DNA of 64,000 bases, taken from assembly GCA_016217965.1 (NCBI GenBank), contig JACRFI010000009.1, forward strand, positions 3,144-67,143, written 5' to 3'. The notes under the pieces are model-generated. The model was not told where the DNA came from and did no database searches. It saw only the letters and a program-made list of their open reading frames with translations. The stretch is from Candidatus Kaiserbacteria bacterium. Lineage in GTDB: Bacteria > Patescibacteriota > Minisyncoccia > Phycocordibacterales > UBA2100. This document shows positions 8,139-17,483 of the stretch, in pieces. The number at the start of each line of letters is the position of its first letter. The first letter of the stretch is position 1. A program made the translations under genes and the position numbers.

Positions 8139-9365
8139 ATGACCGAAAGCGAATGCCGCTCGTGCAAGGAAAAAGGGTTGCTCCCTATTCTCTCGCTCGG
8201 CCACATGCCGCTCGCGAATGCGCTCCAGACCGGTGCTGATCTTGAGCGAGAGGGGGAAATGTATCCATTAGACTTGGTGTTCTGCCCCGCCTGCACGCTT
8301 GTGCAAATAACCGAAACCGTGCCACCAGAGAAACTGTTCCGCGATTATCTTTATTTCTCTTCGTTTTCCGACACTATCCTTGAGAGTGCTCGCTCTCTTA
8401 CAACCCGCGTCATCGAGGGGAGGCATCTTACCAACGAGAGCCTTGTCGTTGAGATCGCAAGCAACGATGGGTATCTCCTCAAGAATTATCTCGCGCGCGG
8501 CATTCCATGCCTTGGCATCGAACCAGCGCAAAACATCGCTAATACGGCTACGGAGCGCGGGGTCCCGACGATCGCAGAATTCTTCAACGAGGAGTTGGCC
8601 ACGAGGCTCGCAGCTGAGGGAAAGCACGCAGACGTCATACACGCGAACAATGTCATCGCGCACGTCGCAGATCTGCATGGCGCCGTCGCAGGCATCGCAA
8701 AGCTTCTAAAACCGGATGGCGTTGCGATAATAGAAAACCATTATGTGAAGGACCTCATCGATCACACTGAGTTCGACTCCATCTATCACGAACACCTTTG
8801 TTATTACTCAGCGACGTCGTTCCAGAATTTATTCAAGCAGCACGGTCTTGTTCTTTCAGATGTGGAGCGCATCCCTCTCCACGGAGGATCGCTGCGCGCG
8901 TACTTTCAGAAAGACAGCAGCGCCCACGAGACTGATGGGGCACATGCCTTCTTAGCAGCAGAACAGGCATGGGGAGTTGGCGACTATTCTTTTTACCGAG
9001 ATTTCGGGACTAACGTGGATCACTTGCGAAGTGAATTGACATCCCTCCTCAGGAAGATCAAAGGAGAAGGCGGCACAATAGCAGTCTACGGAGCTTCGGC
9101 GAAGAGCACGACGCTCCTCAATTATTTCGGCATTGGAAATGAGACCATCGAATACGTCGTTGATCGCTCAAGCGCAAAACAAGGACTCTTCACTCCAGGA
9201 ACGCATCTGCCGATCTATGCGCCGGAAAAGCTCTTAGAGACACAGCCGAGCCACACGCTTCTTCTCTCGTGGAATTTCGAGAAAGAGATACTTGCGCAGC
9301 AACAGGAGTATCGTGTGCGCGGAGGACGTTTTATTATTCCAATACCAGAGGTGCGAATGCTCTAG
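8139..9365 (+). CDS. NDP-hexose C-methyltransferase (TylCIII/NovU-like; N-terminal Zn-ribbon, class I MT core, C-terminal C-methyltransferase domain)
   Basis: N-terminal CxxC...CxxC (CRSC...CPAC). Domain order and length (408 aa) are typical of sugar C3/C5 C-methyltransferases. A paralog is at 32279-33559. Confidence 0.7.
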   Translation: MTESECRSCKEKGLLPILSLGHMPLANALQTGADLEREGEMYPLDLVFCPACTLVQITETVPPEKLFRDYLYFSSFSDTILESARSLTTRVIEGRHLTNESLVVEIASNDGYLLKNYLARGIPCLGIEPAQNIANTATERGVPTIAEFFNEELATRLAAEGKHADVIHANNVIAHVADLHGAVAGIAKLLKPDGVAIIENHYVKDLIDHTEFDSIYHEHLCYYSATSFQNLFKQHGLVLSDVERIPLHGGSLRAYFQKDSSAHETDGAHAFLAAEQAWGVGDYSFYRDFGTNVDHLRSELTSLLRKIKGEGGTIAVYGASAKSTTLLNYFGIGNETIEYVVDRSSAKQGLFTPGTHLPIYAPEKLLETQPSHTLLLSWNFEKEILAQQQEYRVRGGRFIIPIPEVRML

Positions 9366-9370
9366 GAAAT

Positions 9371-9904
9371 ATGAAATACACAAAAACAAAAATACCAGGA
9401 GTTGTGGTCATGGAATTCGAGCCCTTGGAAGATGAGCGCGGCTACTTCGCCCGCACGTGGGACGAAAAAGAAGCTGGCGAACAAAGTATCCGCCTTGCAT
9501 CCGTCCAGTGCAATACATCAGTGAGCCTCAAGCGAGGAACCCTGCGCGGCCTGCATTACCAAGAAAAACCATTCGAAGAAGGAAAATTGGTGCGCTGCAT
9601 CAGAGGCGCGATATACGATGTCGCAGTAGACCTTCGACGTGACTCAGCTTCGTACCGGCAGTGGGTGTCTGTCGAATTGAAAGGAGGTGGAAACCGGATG
9701 CTCTATATCCCGGAGGGCTGCGCGCACGGATTCCAAACGCTTGCAGACGATACCGAGGTCCTGTATCAGATGGGCGAATATTTCCATCCTGAACTGGCGC
9801 GCGGCGTGCGCTTCGATGATCCCGCATTCAATATCGAATGGCCAGAAGTCGATGAACGCACCATGTCAGAGAAAGACCGCTCATACCCGGACTGGGTCGT
9901 ATGA
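9371..9904 (+). CDS. dTDP-4-dehydro-6-deoxyhexose 3,5-epimerase family cupin (RmlC-like)
   Basis: 178 aa from the ATG at 9371. RmlC-like motifs (RGLHYQ, ...EGCAHGFQTL...). Immediately follows the C-methyltransferase. Confidence 0.8.
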   Translation: MKYTKTKIPGVVVMEFEPLEDERGYFARTWDEKEAGEQSIRLASVQCNTSVSLKRGTLRGLHYQEKPFEEGKLVRCIRGAIYDVAVDLRRDSASYRQWVSVELKGGGNRMLYIPEGCAHGFQTLADDTEVLYQMGEYFHPELARGVRFDDPAFNIEWPEVDERTMSEKDRSYPDWVV

Positions 9905-10818
9905 CGAAACGAGTCCTCGTGACCGGTGCCACTGGTTTCATCGGGCGCCACACACTCCAACCTCTTCTAGAGCGTGGATATGAAGTACACGCGGTATATC
10001 ATGCGCACGCCATAGAAAGCGATCCACAGATCGCATGGCACCGAGCTGACCTCTTGGATGCAAAAGACATCGAGCGCGTAGCTGCTGCAGTACAAGCGAC
10101 ACATCTCCTCCATTTTGCATGGATCGCGGCACCAGGGATCTACTGGACTTCTCCCGAGAATTTACTCTGGAAGGAGAGAACGCTTCTCCTACTTCGAGAG
10201 TTTGCGAAGAGCGGCGGCACGCGTGCAGTGATCGCGGGAACGTGTGCCGAGTATGACTGGACGATCTCACAAGATGTTTTAACCGAAAGCACTTCTCCTC
10301 TGCAACCCGCAACACCATATGGCATCTCAAAACACGAAGGGCGCCTCGCCACGGAATCGTACGCAGAAGGAAGCGGCCTCAGCCTTGCCTGGGGACGTAT
10401 CTTTTTTCTCTATGGCCCACATGAGGCAAAGACGCGCCTCGTTCCTTACATCATCACCTCCCTACTAAAAGACGAGGTTGCCGAATGCACTCCCGGAGAA
10501 CAGATCCGCGATTTCCTGCACGTGCAAGATGCTGCACACGCATTCGTATCACTCCTCGAAAGCAACGCCGAAGGTGCCGTGAACATTGGATCGGGAAAGC
10601 CAGTCGCAATCAAAGACATCATCGATGCCATCGCGCGGCAGCTTGGAAAAGAAGATCTTGTTCGTCTCGGCGCAAAACCGATTCCCCAAGGAGAGCCAGC
10701 GCGACTTGTTGCGGATATCACGCGGCTTTCGAAGGAAGTCGGCTGGTCACCAATACTCAACTTGCATGAAGGCCTCAAGGAAACTATTGCATGGTGGAAA
10801 CATCAGGGCAGCTCGTAG
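9901..10818 (+). CDS. NAD(P)-dependent sugar-nucleotide 4-ketoreductase/epimerase (SDR; RmlD-like)
   Basis: N-terminal TGATGFIGRH Rossmann motif and YGISK (YxxxK). ATGA overlap with the upstream epimerase. Confidence 0.7.
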   Translation: MTKRVLVTGATGFIGRHTLQPLLERGYEVHAVYHAHAIESDPQIAWHRADLLDAKDIERVAAAVQATHLLHFAWIAAPGIYWTSPENLLWKERTLLLLREFAKSGGTRAVIAGTCAEYDWTISQDVLTESTSPLQPATPYGISKHEGRLATESYAEGSGLSLAWGRIFFLYGPHEAKTRLVPYIITSLLKDEVAECTPGEQIRDFLHVQDAAHAFVSLLESNAEGAVNIGSGKPVAIKDIIDAIARQLGKEDLVRLGAKPIPQGEPARLVADITRLSKEVGWSPILNLHEGLKETIAWWKHQGSS

Positions 10819-12626
10819 AGTTTGATGTCTGTTGACGTCGCGATAATAGTGAGCGTTCGGAGCACCGAGAAATCTAATTCCGGCCGCTCACGCGTATCAT
10901 GTAACACATAGCGTACTCCCTGCTCTTTCAAAAAAGAGCTCACGGCAAGAGGAGAGGACGTGAATACACGATACTTCTCGCCAAGTTCTTCCAAAAATGC
11001 TGGGCGTGCTGCGAGCATATCCGGGTCATCGTACGGCATTCCCGCACGATACTTCCGCAGCGAGATGCCACTTTTATACCCCTCAAGCTCTCCATACATG
11101 TCCGTAATAAAAGAGGACGTGGTGGACGCGAGTGCCCCCGAAAGGTACGCGGCGGGATCTTGCCGCGCGTCTTTATGTAAATAAAGATATGTGAGAAGGA
11201 CATTCTCGTAATATTCCATCGAGACGAGGGAGGTAACCATGCCAGGCGTCCAAACAATATCATTATCCGTAAGTATGGTAACGAGAAGAGGATATGCGGC
11301 GCCACCTGGATCTCCCAAGACGACACCGTACGGGCGTTCATTCAGTGCTTGGAGAATGGGGGCGAAATCTTGCTCGCGCATTTTCCACTCGACAGTCGTG
11401 AAGAACGACCGGTATTGGCTTGCTGCTGCGTACAATAATGAGACGACAACGACACAACACAGGAACAGGTTTCGAAGCACGTTCCACTTCGGAGGAAATA
11501 AGTTCGCGGCCATATAGGTGCCAACTAGAATTGAGTTTGGCACGATAAAATACCAATAGAAGTGGCCATACTCCACTGTAACGCCTGTGATGACTTGCTG
11601 CTCAAGCGCAACCCAGCCAGTAAGAACGAGTGCGAACAGAAAGAAATTGTTGCGGTCGTCTCGTCTCAGATACAGGTAGAGTGCAAAAAAAAGCGAGAGG
11701 GCAATGCCGGTCTTACTCAATATAAGATCGTGGCTGCGATACGTGTGGAAAAAATACGTCAGCTGCTCCCCCATCTCTGATGTGTAGAACGAGAAAAGGC
11801 CATAGAGTTTGGGAGCACCTATCAACAATCCCGTTATCCCGATACAGAGGACAGCGGGAATTGCGTGCCATTTTCGAAAGATAAGCGCCGAAAGGAAAAG
11901 GGACCCAAGGAACGCGAGAGAGAAAGTCCACCCGTAGAACGCGATGTAAAAAAGGAGACCGAACAGAGCGCCCGCGGTTAGCGCATATGCGCACAGAGTG
12001 CGGGTGGGAGCAGCGGAAAGGGAGGCGAGAGATGCTCGATATGACAAAACCAACAATCCAAAGAAAGGAACAAGAATGGTGTACGGGTATATGGAACGGC
12101 CTAACAAATTAAAATGGGAGTGGATAAGCTCCCGCCCAGAAAGAAATGCGCCGATAATGGTCCCGTACTCGATAAGCATGTATGCGCCGCCCGCAAAAAG
12201 AGTTGCGCTCACCGAGAGCAATGGGTCACGCGAAAATCCGTAGAGGAAAAAATACATGAGAAGTAACAGCGCGAGAACGCCGATACTGTTGAGAATGTTG
12301 TAAACTGTCACTGGGTTAACGTTGTCTCCAAGACCAAAGAGGGCGCTAGGAAACAAGAGTATCTGCTCGATGTTCGTCTGAAAAGGATCGGGCTTCTCCT
12401 TCCCTTCCTTGAGGTGCGGAGCACCAAGTCCGTGCCCTTCGAGCACTTCCTTGGCACGAGTGAGGTAGTAGTGTTCGTCGTTCCCGTAGTGGGCTATGTT
12501 AATTCCTCTATACTGCTCGCCTGCATAAAATGGGAACACGATGAGGGGTCCCTCTATCAACAGTACGAGCACGACCAAAAGCCCGAGTACCCTCCAAGGG
12601 ATGTGCGCAAAAAATATTCGTATCAT
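10803..12626 (-). CDS. Large polytopic membrane protein, function unknown (possible GT-C glycosyltransferase)
   Basis: 607 aa with many hydrophobic helices. Adjacent to a GT2 gene with no intergenic gap. Confidence 0.35.
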   Translation of the reverse strand: MIRIFFAHIPWRVLGLLVVLVLLIEGPLIVFPFYAGEQYRGINIAHYGNDEHYYLTRAKEVLEGHGLGAPHLKEGKEKPDPFQTNIEQILLFPSALFGLGDNVNPVTVYNILNSIGVLALLLLMYFFLYGFSRDPLLSVSATLFAGGAYMLIEYGTIIGAFLSGRELIHSHFNLLGRSIYPYTILVPFFGLLVLSYRASLASLSAAPTRTLCAYALTAGALFGLLFYIAFYGWTFSLAFLGSLFLSALIFRKWHAIPAVLCIGITGLLIGAPKLYGLFSFYTSEMGEQLTYFFHTYRSHDLILSKTGIALSLFFALYLYLRRDDRNNFFLFALVLTGWVALEQQVITGVTVEYGHFYWYFIVPNSILVGTYMAANLFPPKWNVLRNLFLCCVVVVSLLYAAASQYRSFFTTVEWKMREQDFAPILQALNERPYGVVLGDPGGAAYPLLVTILTDNDIVWTPGMVTSLVSMEYYENVLLTYLYLHKDARQDPAAYLSGALASTTSSFITDMYGELEGYKSGISLRKYRAGMPYDDPDMLAARPAFLEELGEKYRVFTSSPLAVSSFLKEQGVRYVLHDTRERPELDFSVLRTLTIIATSTDIKLYELP

Positions 12627-12630
12627 GCGC

Positions 12631-13323
12631 TCATTTTATGCCGAGCCTGTACAAGATCATATTCTTCAGAAACTCGAGCCCTGTCCATAGCCGCGCGCGG
12701 GTAAACCCGCTTTGCCTTGAGTACCATACAGTCTCCACTTCGTAGATAGGTATCCTGTATCGCACACTTTTGATGATGAACTCCGGCTCTAGGAACCAAT
12801 CGCGAGAAGTGAGCCTCAGTTTCTCAGCGGCCTGTTTTGTCATGAGGCGTGGCGTTCCGTTGATGTCGCGATAGGGACTTTGGAACAAAGTTTGGAATAT
12901 CACGTAATACGTTGTGCTCTGAATTAACCGGAACACCGATTCGTGACGGATATTCCTCACAGCTTTTGCGAGCTGAAAATTTCCCTCTTTCATCCCCCGA
13001 TACATGCGCACGATGTCATGCGGGTCGACTTGCCCATCAGCATGTGACCAGCCAAGCACCGTGGCATCTGCATTTTTCAGGCCCTCAAGGATTCCATTGC
13101 TATAGCCGATATTCTTATCCAATGTGATCGCGGTGATTCGAGGGTATTGCGCCGCAAGCCCCTTCAATACTTCACCTGAATTATCTCGCGAGCCATTGTC
13201 GACAATGCGTATCTCATAATCGATCCCTGAGGCGTCAAGTTCCGAGACCATCCGCACGGCAACGTCCCGCAAGTTCCTCCCTTCGTTGTACGCCGGCACG
13301 ACAATGGAGAGCTCCCGCGTCAT
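12631..13323 (-). CDS. GT2 glycosyltransferase, polyprenol-phosphate sugar synthase-like (DPM1/ArnC-like)
   Basis: IVVPAYNEGRNL..., DNGSRDNS and DxD-type motifs; 230 aa. Confidence 0.8.
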   Translation of the reverse strand: MTRELSIVVPAYNEGRNLRDVAVRMVSELDASGIDYEIRIVDNGSRDNSGEVLKGLAAQYPRITAITLDKNIGYSNGILEGLKNADATVLGWSHADGQVDPHDIVRMYRGMKEGNFQLAKAVRNIRHESVFRLIQSTTYYVIFQTLFQSPYRDINGTPRLMTKQAAEKLRLTSRDWFLEPEFIIKSVRYRIPIYEVETVWYSRQSGFTRARLWTGLEFLKNMILYRLGIK

Positions 13324-13334
13324 ACAAATTACGC

Positions 13335-13377
13335 GAAGTATACCCCCACACCTTTTAGAATAAAAGGTGTGGGGGTA
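13335..13377. repeat. 43-bp hairpin repeat GAAGTATACCCCCACACCTTTTAGAATAAAAGGTGTGGGGGTA (copy 1 of 2)
   Basis: 17-bp perfect stem with a 3-nt loop. Identical to 45380-45422. Intergenic between same-strand genes. Confidence 0.85.
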
Positions 13378-13408
13378 TATCCTACTCGCCTCGAATCTGA
13401 AACCGCGC

Positions 13409-14446
13409 TCACGCCCAATACAGGCTGTCCGTGAGCTTTCCTTTTTCCCGCAAATCTTTCAAGACCTTGAGCCTAATGTATTCTGAAGAGCGAAAATTTG
13501 TATCGGAAAAGCCGCATGAGCGTAGTTTTTCTGCTATCTCCTTCACCGCAGAGTGAAGCGTCTCTCGTGGCTGATGCATCGGCGCTAACCTTTTGAAAAG
13601 GCTAAAGTCTACGCGATACGAGCGCTTGTCAGGCGCTGCATTCTCATTAATGGAAAGCGTTGTATTCCCTATCTCTTGCTGCACGGCCGCAGCGAGCTGC
13701 CGCACTTGGTAGTTCCACTCGTCAGACCCAACGTTCAAGACAAGGAACGCTTCCCCTTTTTGCCTCAGAATAGCCCACTCGATAGCTCGCGCCATGTCCT
13801 TCACATGTATGAGTGGCCGCCAGGGCGTGCCGTCGGAGAGTATCTCGATGCGCCCCGTCGCCAGCGCCGAAGCAACAAAATCATTGAGAACGAGATCAAA
13901 CCGCATGCGCGGCGAGAAACCGCATGCAGTAGCGAATCGCAAGCAGGTCACGACAAACTCTTTATCCGCAATATTCTTGAGCTCTTTTTCTGCCTCAACT
14001 TTGGAACGCGCGTATGCCGTCAACGGATCGAGAGCGGATTCTTCGTTTTTTGCGCTTTCGCCACCGGCCCCATACACGGAACAGCTTGAAGCAAAAATGA
14101 ATTGCCGCACGCCCGCGCGCTTTGCCTCCTTTGCTAGCTGGACGCTTGCATCCGCGTTGATCTCTTTGGTTGGGCGCTCAAATTCCTTACCCATTGGATC
14201 ATTAGAGATGGCCGCCAATTGGACGACAACATCCACGCCTACGAGCGCTTCAGAGGAAATGCGGCGCACATCACCGATCTGTTGTTCGTCGATGCGTTCA
14301 TCAGGAAACTTCTCCCTATCAATAAGATTCTCCTTGAAAAATCCACTGTCGAATCCAATGAGTGTCGCGCCGCGAAACACGTCCCGAAGGTGCCGTACGA
14401 CAACAGGGCCTATATACCCAAGGTTCCCTGTTATCAAGATCTTCAT
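13409..14446 (-). CDS. NAD-dependent nucleotide-sugar epimerase/dehydratase (GalE-like; likely CDP-sugar epimerase)
   Basis: GNLGYIGP Rossmann motif, YARSK catalytic motif, and the DGTPWRPLIHVKD epimerase signature. Start taken as the internal ATG (MKILITG). Confidence 0.7.
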   Translation of the reverse strand: MKILITGNLGYIGPVVVRHLRDVFRGATLIGFDSGFFKENLIDREKFPDERIDEQQIGDVRRISSEALVGVDVVVQLAAISNDPMGKEFERPTKEINADASVQLAKEAKRAGVRQFIFASSCSVYGAGGESAKNEESALDPLTAYARSKVEAEKELKNIADKEFVVTCLRFATACGFSPRMRFDLVLNDFVASALATGRIEILSDGTPWRPLIHVKDMARAIEWAILRQKGEAFLVLNVGSDEWNYQVRQLAAAVQQEIGNTTLSINENAAPDKRSYRVDFSLFKRLAPMHQPRETLHSAVKEIAEKLRSCGFSDTNFRSSEYIRLKVLKDLREKGKLTDSLYWA

Positions 14447-14450
14447 GGCA

Positions 14451-15305
14451 TCACTTCCAGACTTTCCACGGAGCTTTTCCGCTTTTCCACGCCTCATTCA
14501 AAACTTCGGTGTCTCGTATCGTGTCCATGCACTGCCAGTATCCTCTGTGCGGGAGCGCTGCAAGCTCCCCATCATCCGCAAGCTTCGTGAGGACATCTTT
14601 TTCAAATACGAGATCCTGTTTGTCCGGCATACGGCGAAAGATTCGGGAATCGATAACGAAATATCCTCCGTTGATAAGATGTTCGGTGCGATGCGCTATG
14701 GGGTCCGGTTTTTCGCGAAACGCCCTCACGTCGCCATTTTCGAACACCACCTCACCGAACCTGACAGGCGGATGCACGGCGGTCATAGTCGCAATGCGGC
14801 CCTTTTTTTTGTGAAAATCAAGCAAAGCACTGAGATCAATATTCCCGACGCCATCGCCATACGTGAGCATGAAGAAAGGCGCCTTCACTAACGCTTTTGC
14901 TTTTTTGAGGCGGCCCCCGGTCTGAGTATCGAGCCCGGTGTCGAGGCATGTTATCTCCCAATCCTCCGCAACCCCTTTTTGCTCCAGAGTGCTTCCCTTC
15001 CGCTTGTGCTTTAGCGTAAAATCATTCGCATACAACGGGTAATTACGTACGTACTCCTTAATTTTGTCGCCCTTGTACCCAAGCAGCAAAATGAATTTTC
15101 GAAATCCCTGCGCGTGATAGATCTTCATGATGTGCCACAGGATGGGTTTCCCTCCTACCGACACCATAGGCTTTGGTATCACTTCCGTCTCTTCCTTAAG
15201 GCGTGTTCCCCTCCCACCGCAAAATATGACGACAGGGATATCCCGTATCCGCCGATCGTTTGCGCCGCCTCTTTTCTGTTTCCGCATGGCGCGAGTATAC
15301 CCCAT
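14451..15305 (-). CDS. rfbF: Glucose-1-phosphate cytidylyltransferase (RfbF)
   Basis: The alignment to Salmonella RfbF is strong (GGRGTRLKEET..KPMV..GGKPILWHIMK..., C-terminal GKAPWKVWK). The N-terminal extension suggests a start downstream of 15305. Confidence 0.85.
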   Translation of the reverse strand: MGYTRAMRKQKRGGANDRRIRDIPVVIFCGGRGTRLKEETEVIPKPMVSVGGKPILWHIMKIYHAQGFRKFILLLGYKGDKIKEYVRNYPLYANDFTLKHKRKGSTLEQKGVAEDWEITCLDTGLDTQTGGRLKKAKALVKAPFFMLTYGDGVGNIDLSALLDFHKKKGRIATMTAVHPPVRFGEVVFENGDVRAFREKPDPIAHRTEHLINGGYFVIDSRIFRRMPDKQDLVFEKDVLTKLADDGELAALPHRGYWQCMDTIRDTEVLNEAWKSGKAPWKVWK

Positions 15306-15408
15306 GAGATATTAACTTGCATTGATAATGCGACACTTGAGATATCTGAGACCACGAAGTCTGTAAACGTCGTACACGTTCCAATTATCTCACGGGGTAT
15401 ACAGCGTT

Positions 15409-15882
15409 TTATGAATTTCCAGAATCGGATTGAAGATCGGTCGGATTCTCCGGCGTACGGAAGATGACAAAGTGATACACAAGGAAATTCTGGCACGCGA
15501 TGATGGCGGACGACAAGAGTTGCGCCACAACGGGCATAAGCCCTCCGAATTCAACCATCAGATACACTAAAAGAGTGTTTGTGCCCGCATTAATGATTAG
15601 GAGCACAAAATACATCGACATCTGGCGCGCAATGACATCGCGCCGCGTATCACGAAACGCCCAGAATTTTTGGAGCGTAAAACTGACGAAAAATCCCGCA
15701 AAAAATCCCAGGATGGAGCCCGTGATATACCACAAGCCAAAATAGCTAATAGAGGTGTGAAGAACTACGGCGCTCACCGCAGTCGCCATGCCTCCCGCAA
15801 ATACGAAGCGCGCGATGCGCCAAAAGAATTCGCTACTCAGTAGCGCCGAGAACATCCGCCGCGCACGTCCTAGTAAGTTCAT
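15409..15882 (-). CDS. gtrA: GtrA-family membrane protein (polyprenol-P-sugar flippase-like)
   Basis: 157 aa with 4 TM helices. Has the GtrA signature ...FVFAGGMATAV...KFWAF. Confidence 0.7.
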   Translation of the reverse strand: MNLLGRARRMFSALLSSEFFWRIARFVFAGGMATAVSAVVLHTSISYFGLWYITGSILGFFAGFFVSFTLQKFWAFRDTRRDVIARQMSMYFVLLIINAGTNTLLVYLMVEFGGLMPVVAQLLSSAIIACQNFLVYHFVIFRTPENPTDLQSDSGNS

Positions 15883-17470
15883 ACAATTTTAGATTCTTTC
15901 CAAGGCGCGATAGACGCCAGAAATCCACATGAAGATAGTGCCCAAGATTATACTCTACATCCGCATACGTTCCATCTGAGGAACCGCCCCGAAAACTGAT
16001 CGTCGGCTTGGGTGCACATGCCTCATCCGGCACCTTGTCCGTCACGAGGAGCACACGGCTATATTGAGAAAGGTCCACTGAACCTCTTTCACCTAATTTG
16101 GTAAGCACGGCAGAAGTGAAATCGGCATCTTCCACGGAAGCTCGCCAATACTGGCACTTACTCTCACACACTTCGTCGTGCAAGAGATTTGCCGTGCGTT
16201 TGTTGAGAGGCAGATCCAGTTCCACGACATCATTGATGATGAGAGCATCATCCTGATTGAAATCCTGCACAACATAACGCGCCGCTACATTATATGTAGT
16301 GGGAACGCTCAAAAGATACAATATATATACGAGTGCGATAGTTTGCACGCAGCAAAATCCCCAGAGCACCAAGCGCATCTTCGTAAAAGTGATGGATACA
16401 ATCGCGCCGGAAAAGAAGAACGCCAGAGGAAACAGATAGTGCAATACTCTGCCCGTATCGGAGACGTGCGGTACGACCATGGCTATCGTTAGAAAATAAA
16501 GGCTGGCATACCCGATGGAGAAAAAAAACAAACGTTTGTTTTCTATCGCGCGCGCCGCGGCGGCCATCGCAAGAACAAGGATAACAAGTGGAAATGCCAC
16601 GAACACTTGCTGGGCATGGAAGCCAAGCGACGTGAAAAACGAGAAAGTGTCAGCACCCGAAACTTCGCTACCCCAGCTCCGAAATATTTCGTTTGTGAGA
16701 GTAGAAACTACTAATGCGTATATGTTCTCAATATTGGCAGCCAAGACCGCCAGGAACAGTAGCCCGCCTCCCAATAGACCGGTGAGGAGAGCACGCTTTT
16801 GAAGCGCGTCATGCCGCGACGCAATGAAGAGGATCGGTATGTTAATAAGAAAAATGCCATAGAGCGGGAAATTCGCGAACGCGGCGAACGCAAGCACTAT
16901 CGCAAAGAATATCGGCCCGAATCTCGGCACAGGCACACTCTCAGCCGAGTGCTTCAGGGCAACATACGTACAGAGCGCAGAGGCTGCTGCCAGTGCTGTT
17001 GAAAGCACCCACATTTTCCCCGTATGGAGCGTTACCGTCGATACCACTGTGGCGAAGATAACGGAAAGCGATGCAAAACGATGTGCCACGGAGAGGCCCT
17101 CTGACCGGAGAAAACGATCATACAGAATGGCAATGCCCGTGGCGACGCAAGCGCTCAGAAGCCGTGGGACAAAATACGCCACTTCTGGGTGGATGATAAG
17201 ATACGTTTTAAGGTCAATTGCACTAAAGCCGTGCCAAACTAGCAGTATGAAAAGATATGGAAGCTGCAGAACATAATTCAGATAGAACGTGATCGTGCCA
17301 TACGGCAGATCTCCTGGAAGTGGAACGATGCTTTTCATCTCTATCGCGCGCAAAACACCGCCCACAAAATATTGCTCGTCGAAAACGACGCTGAGGAGTG
17401 GGAGGGCGTGCCATATACCAACAAAAGAGCAGATGACAAAAAAGGCGGGCACGAGGCGCAGATGCGACAT
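15833..17470 (-). CDS. Polytopic membrane glycosyltransferase, GT-C fold-like (GtrB-partner/ArnT/PMT-like)
   Basis: About 545 aa with 10 or more TM helices. Operonic with gtrA and GT2. The start was chosen at the internal Met. Confidence 0.4.
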   Translation of the reverse strand: MSHLRLVPAFFVICSFVGIWHALPLLSVVFDEQYFVGGVLRAIEMKSIVPLPGDLPYGTITFYLNYVLQLPYLFILLVWHGFSAIDLKTYLIIHPEVAYFVPRLLSACVATGIAILYDRFLRSEGLSVAHRFASLSVIFATVVSTVTLHTGKMWVLSTALAAASALCTYVALKHSAESVPVPRFGPIFFAIVLAFAAFANFPLYGIFLINIPILFIASRHDALQKRALLTGLLGGGLLFLAVLAANIENIYALVVSTLTNEIFRSWGSEVSGADTFSFFTSLGFHAQQVFVAFPLVILVLAMAAAARAIENKRLFFFSIGYASLYFLTIAMVVPHVSDTGRVLHYLFPLAFFFSGAIVSITFTKMRLVLWGFCCVQTIALVYILYLLSVPTTYNVAARYVVQDFNQDDALIINDVVELDLPLNKRTANLLHDEVCESKCQYWRASVEDADFTSAVLTKLGERGSVDLSQYSRVLLVTDKVPDEACAPKPTISFRGGSSDGTYADVEYNLGHYLHVDFWRLSRLGKNLKLYELTRTCAADVLGATE

Positions 17471-17483
17471 GCGCACAATGGTA

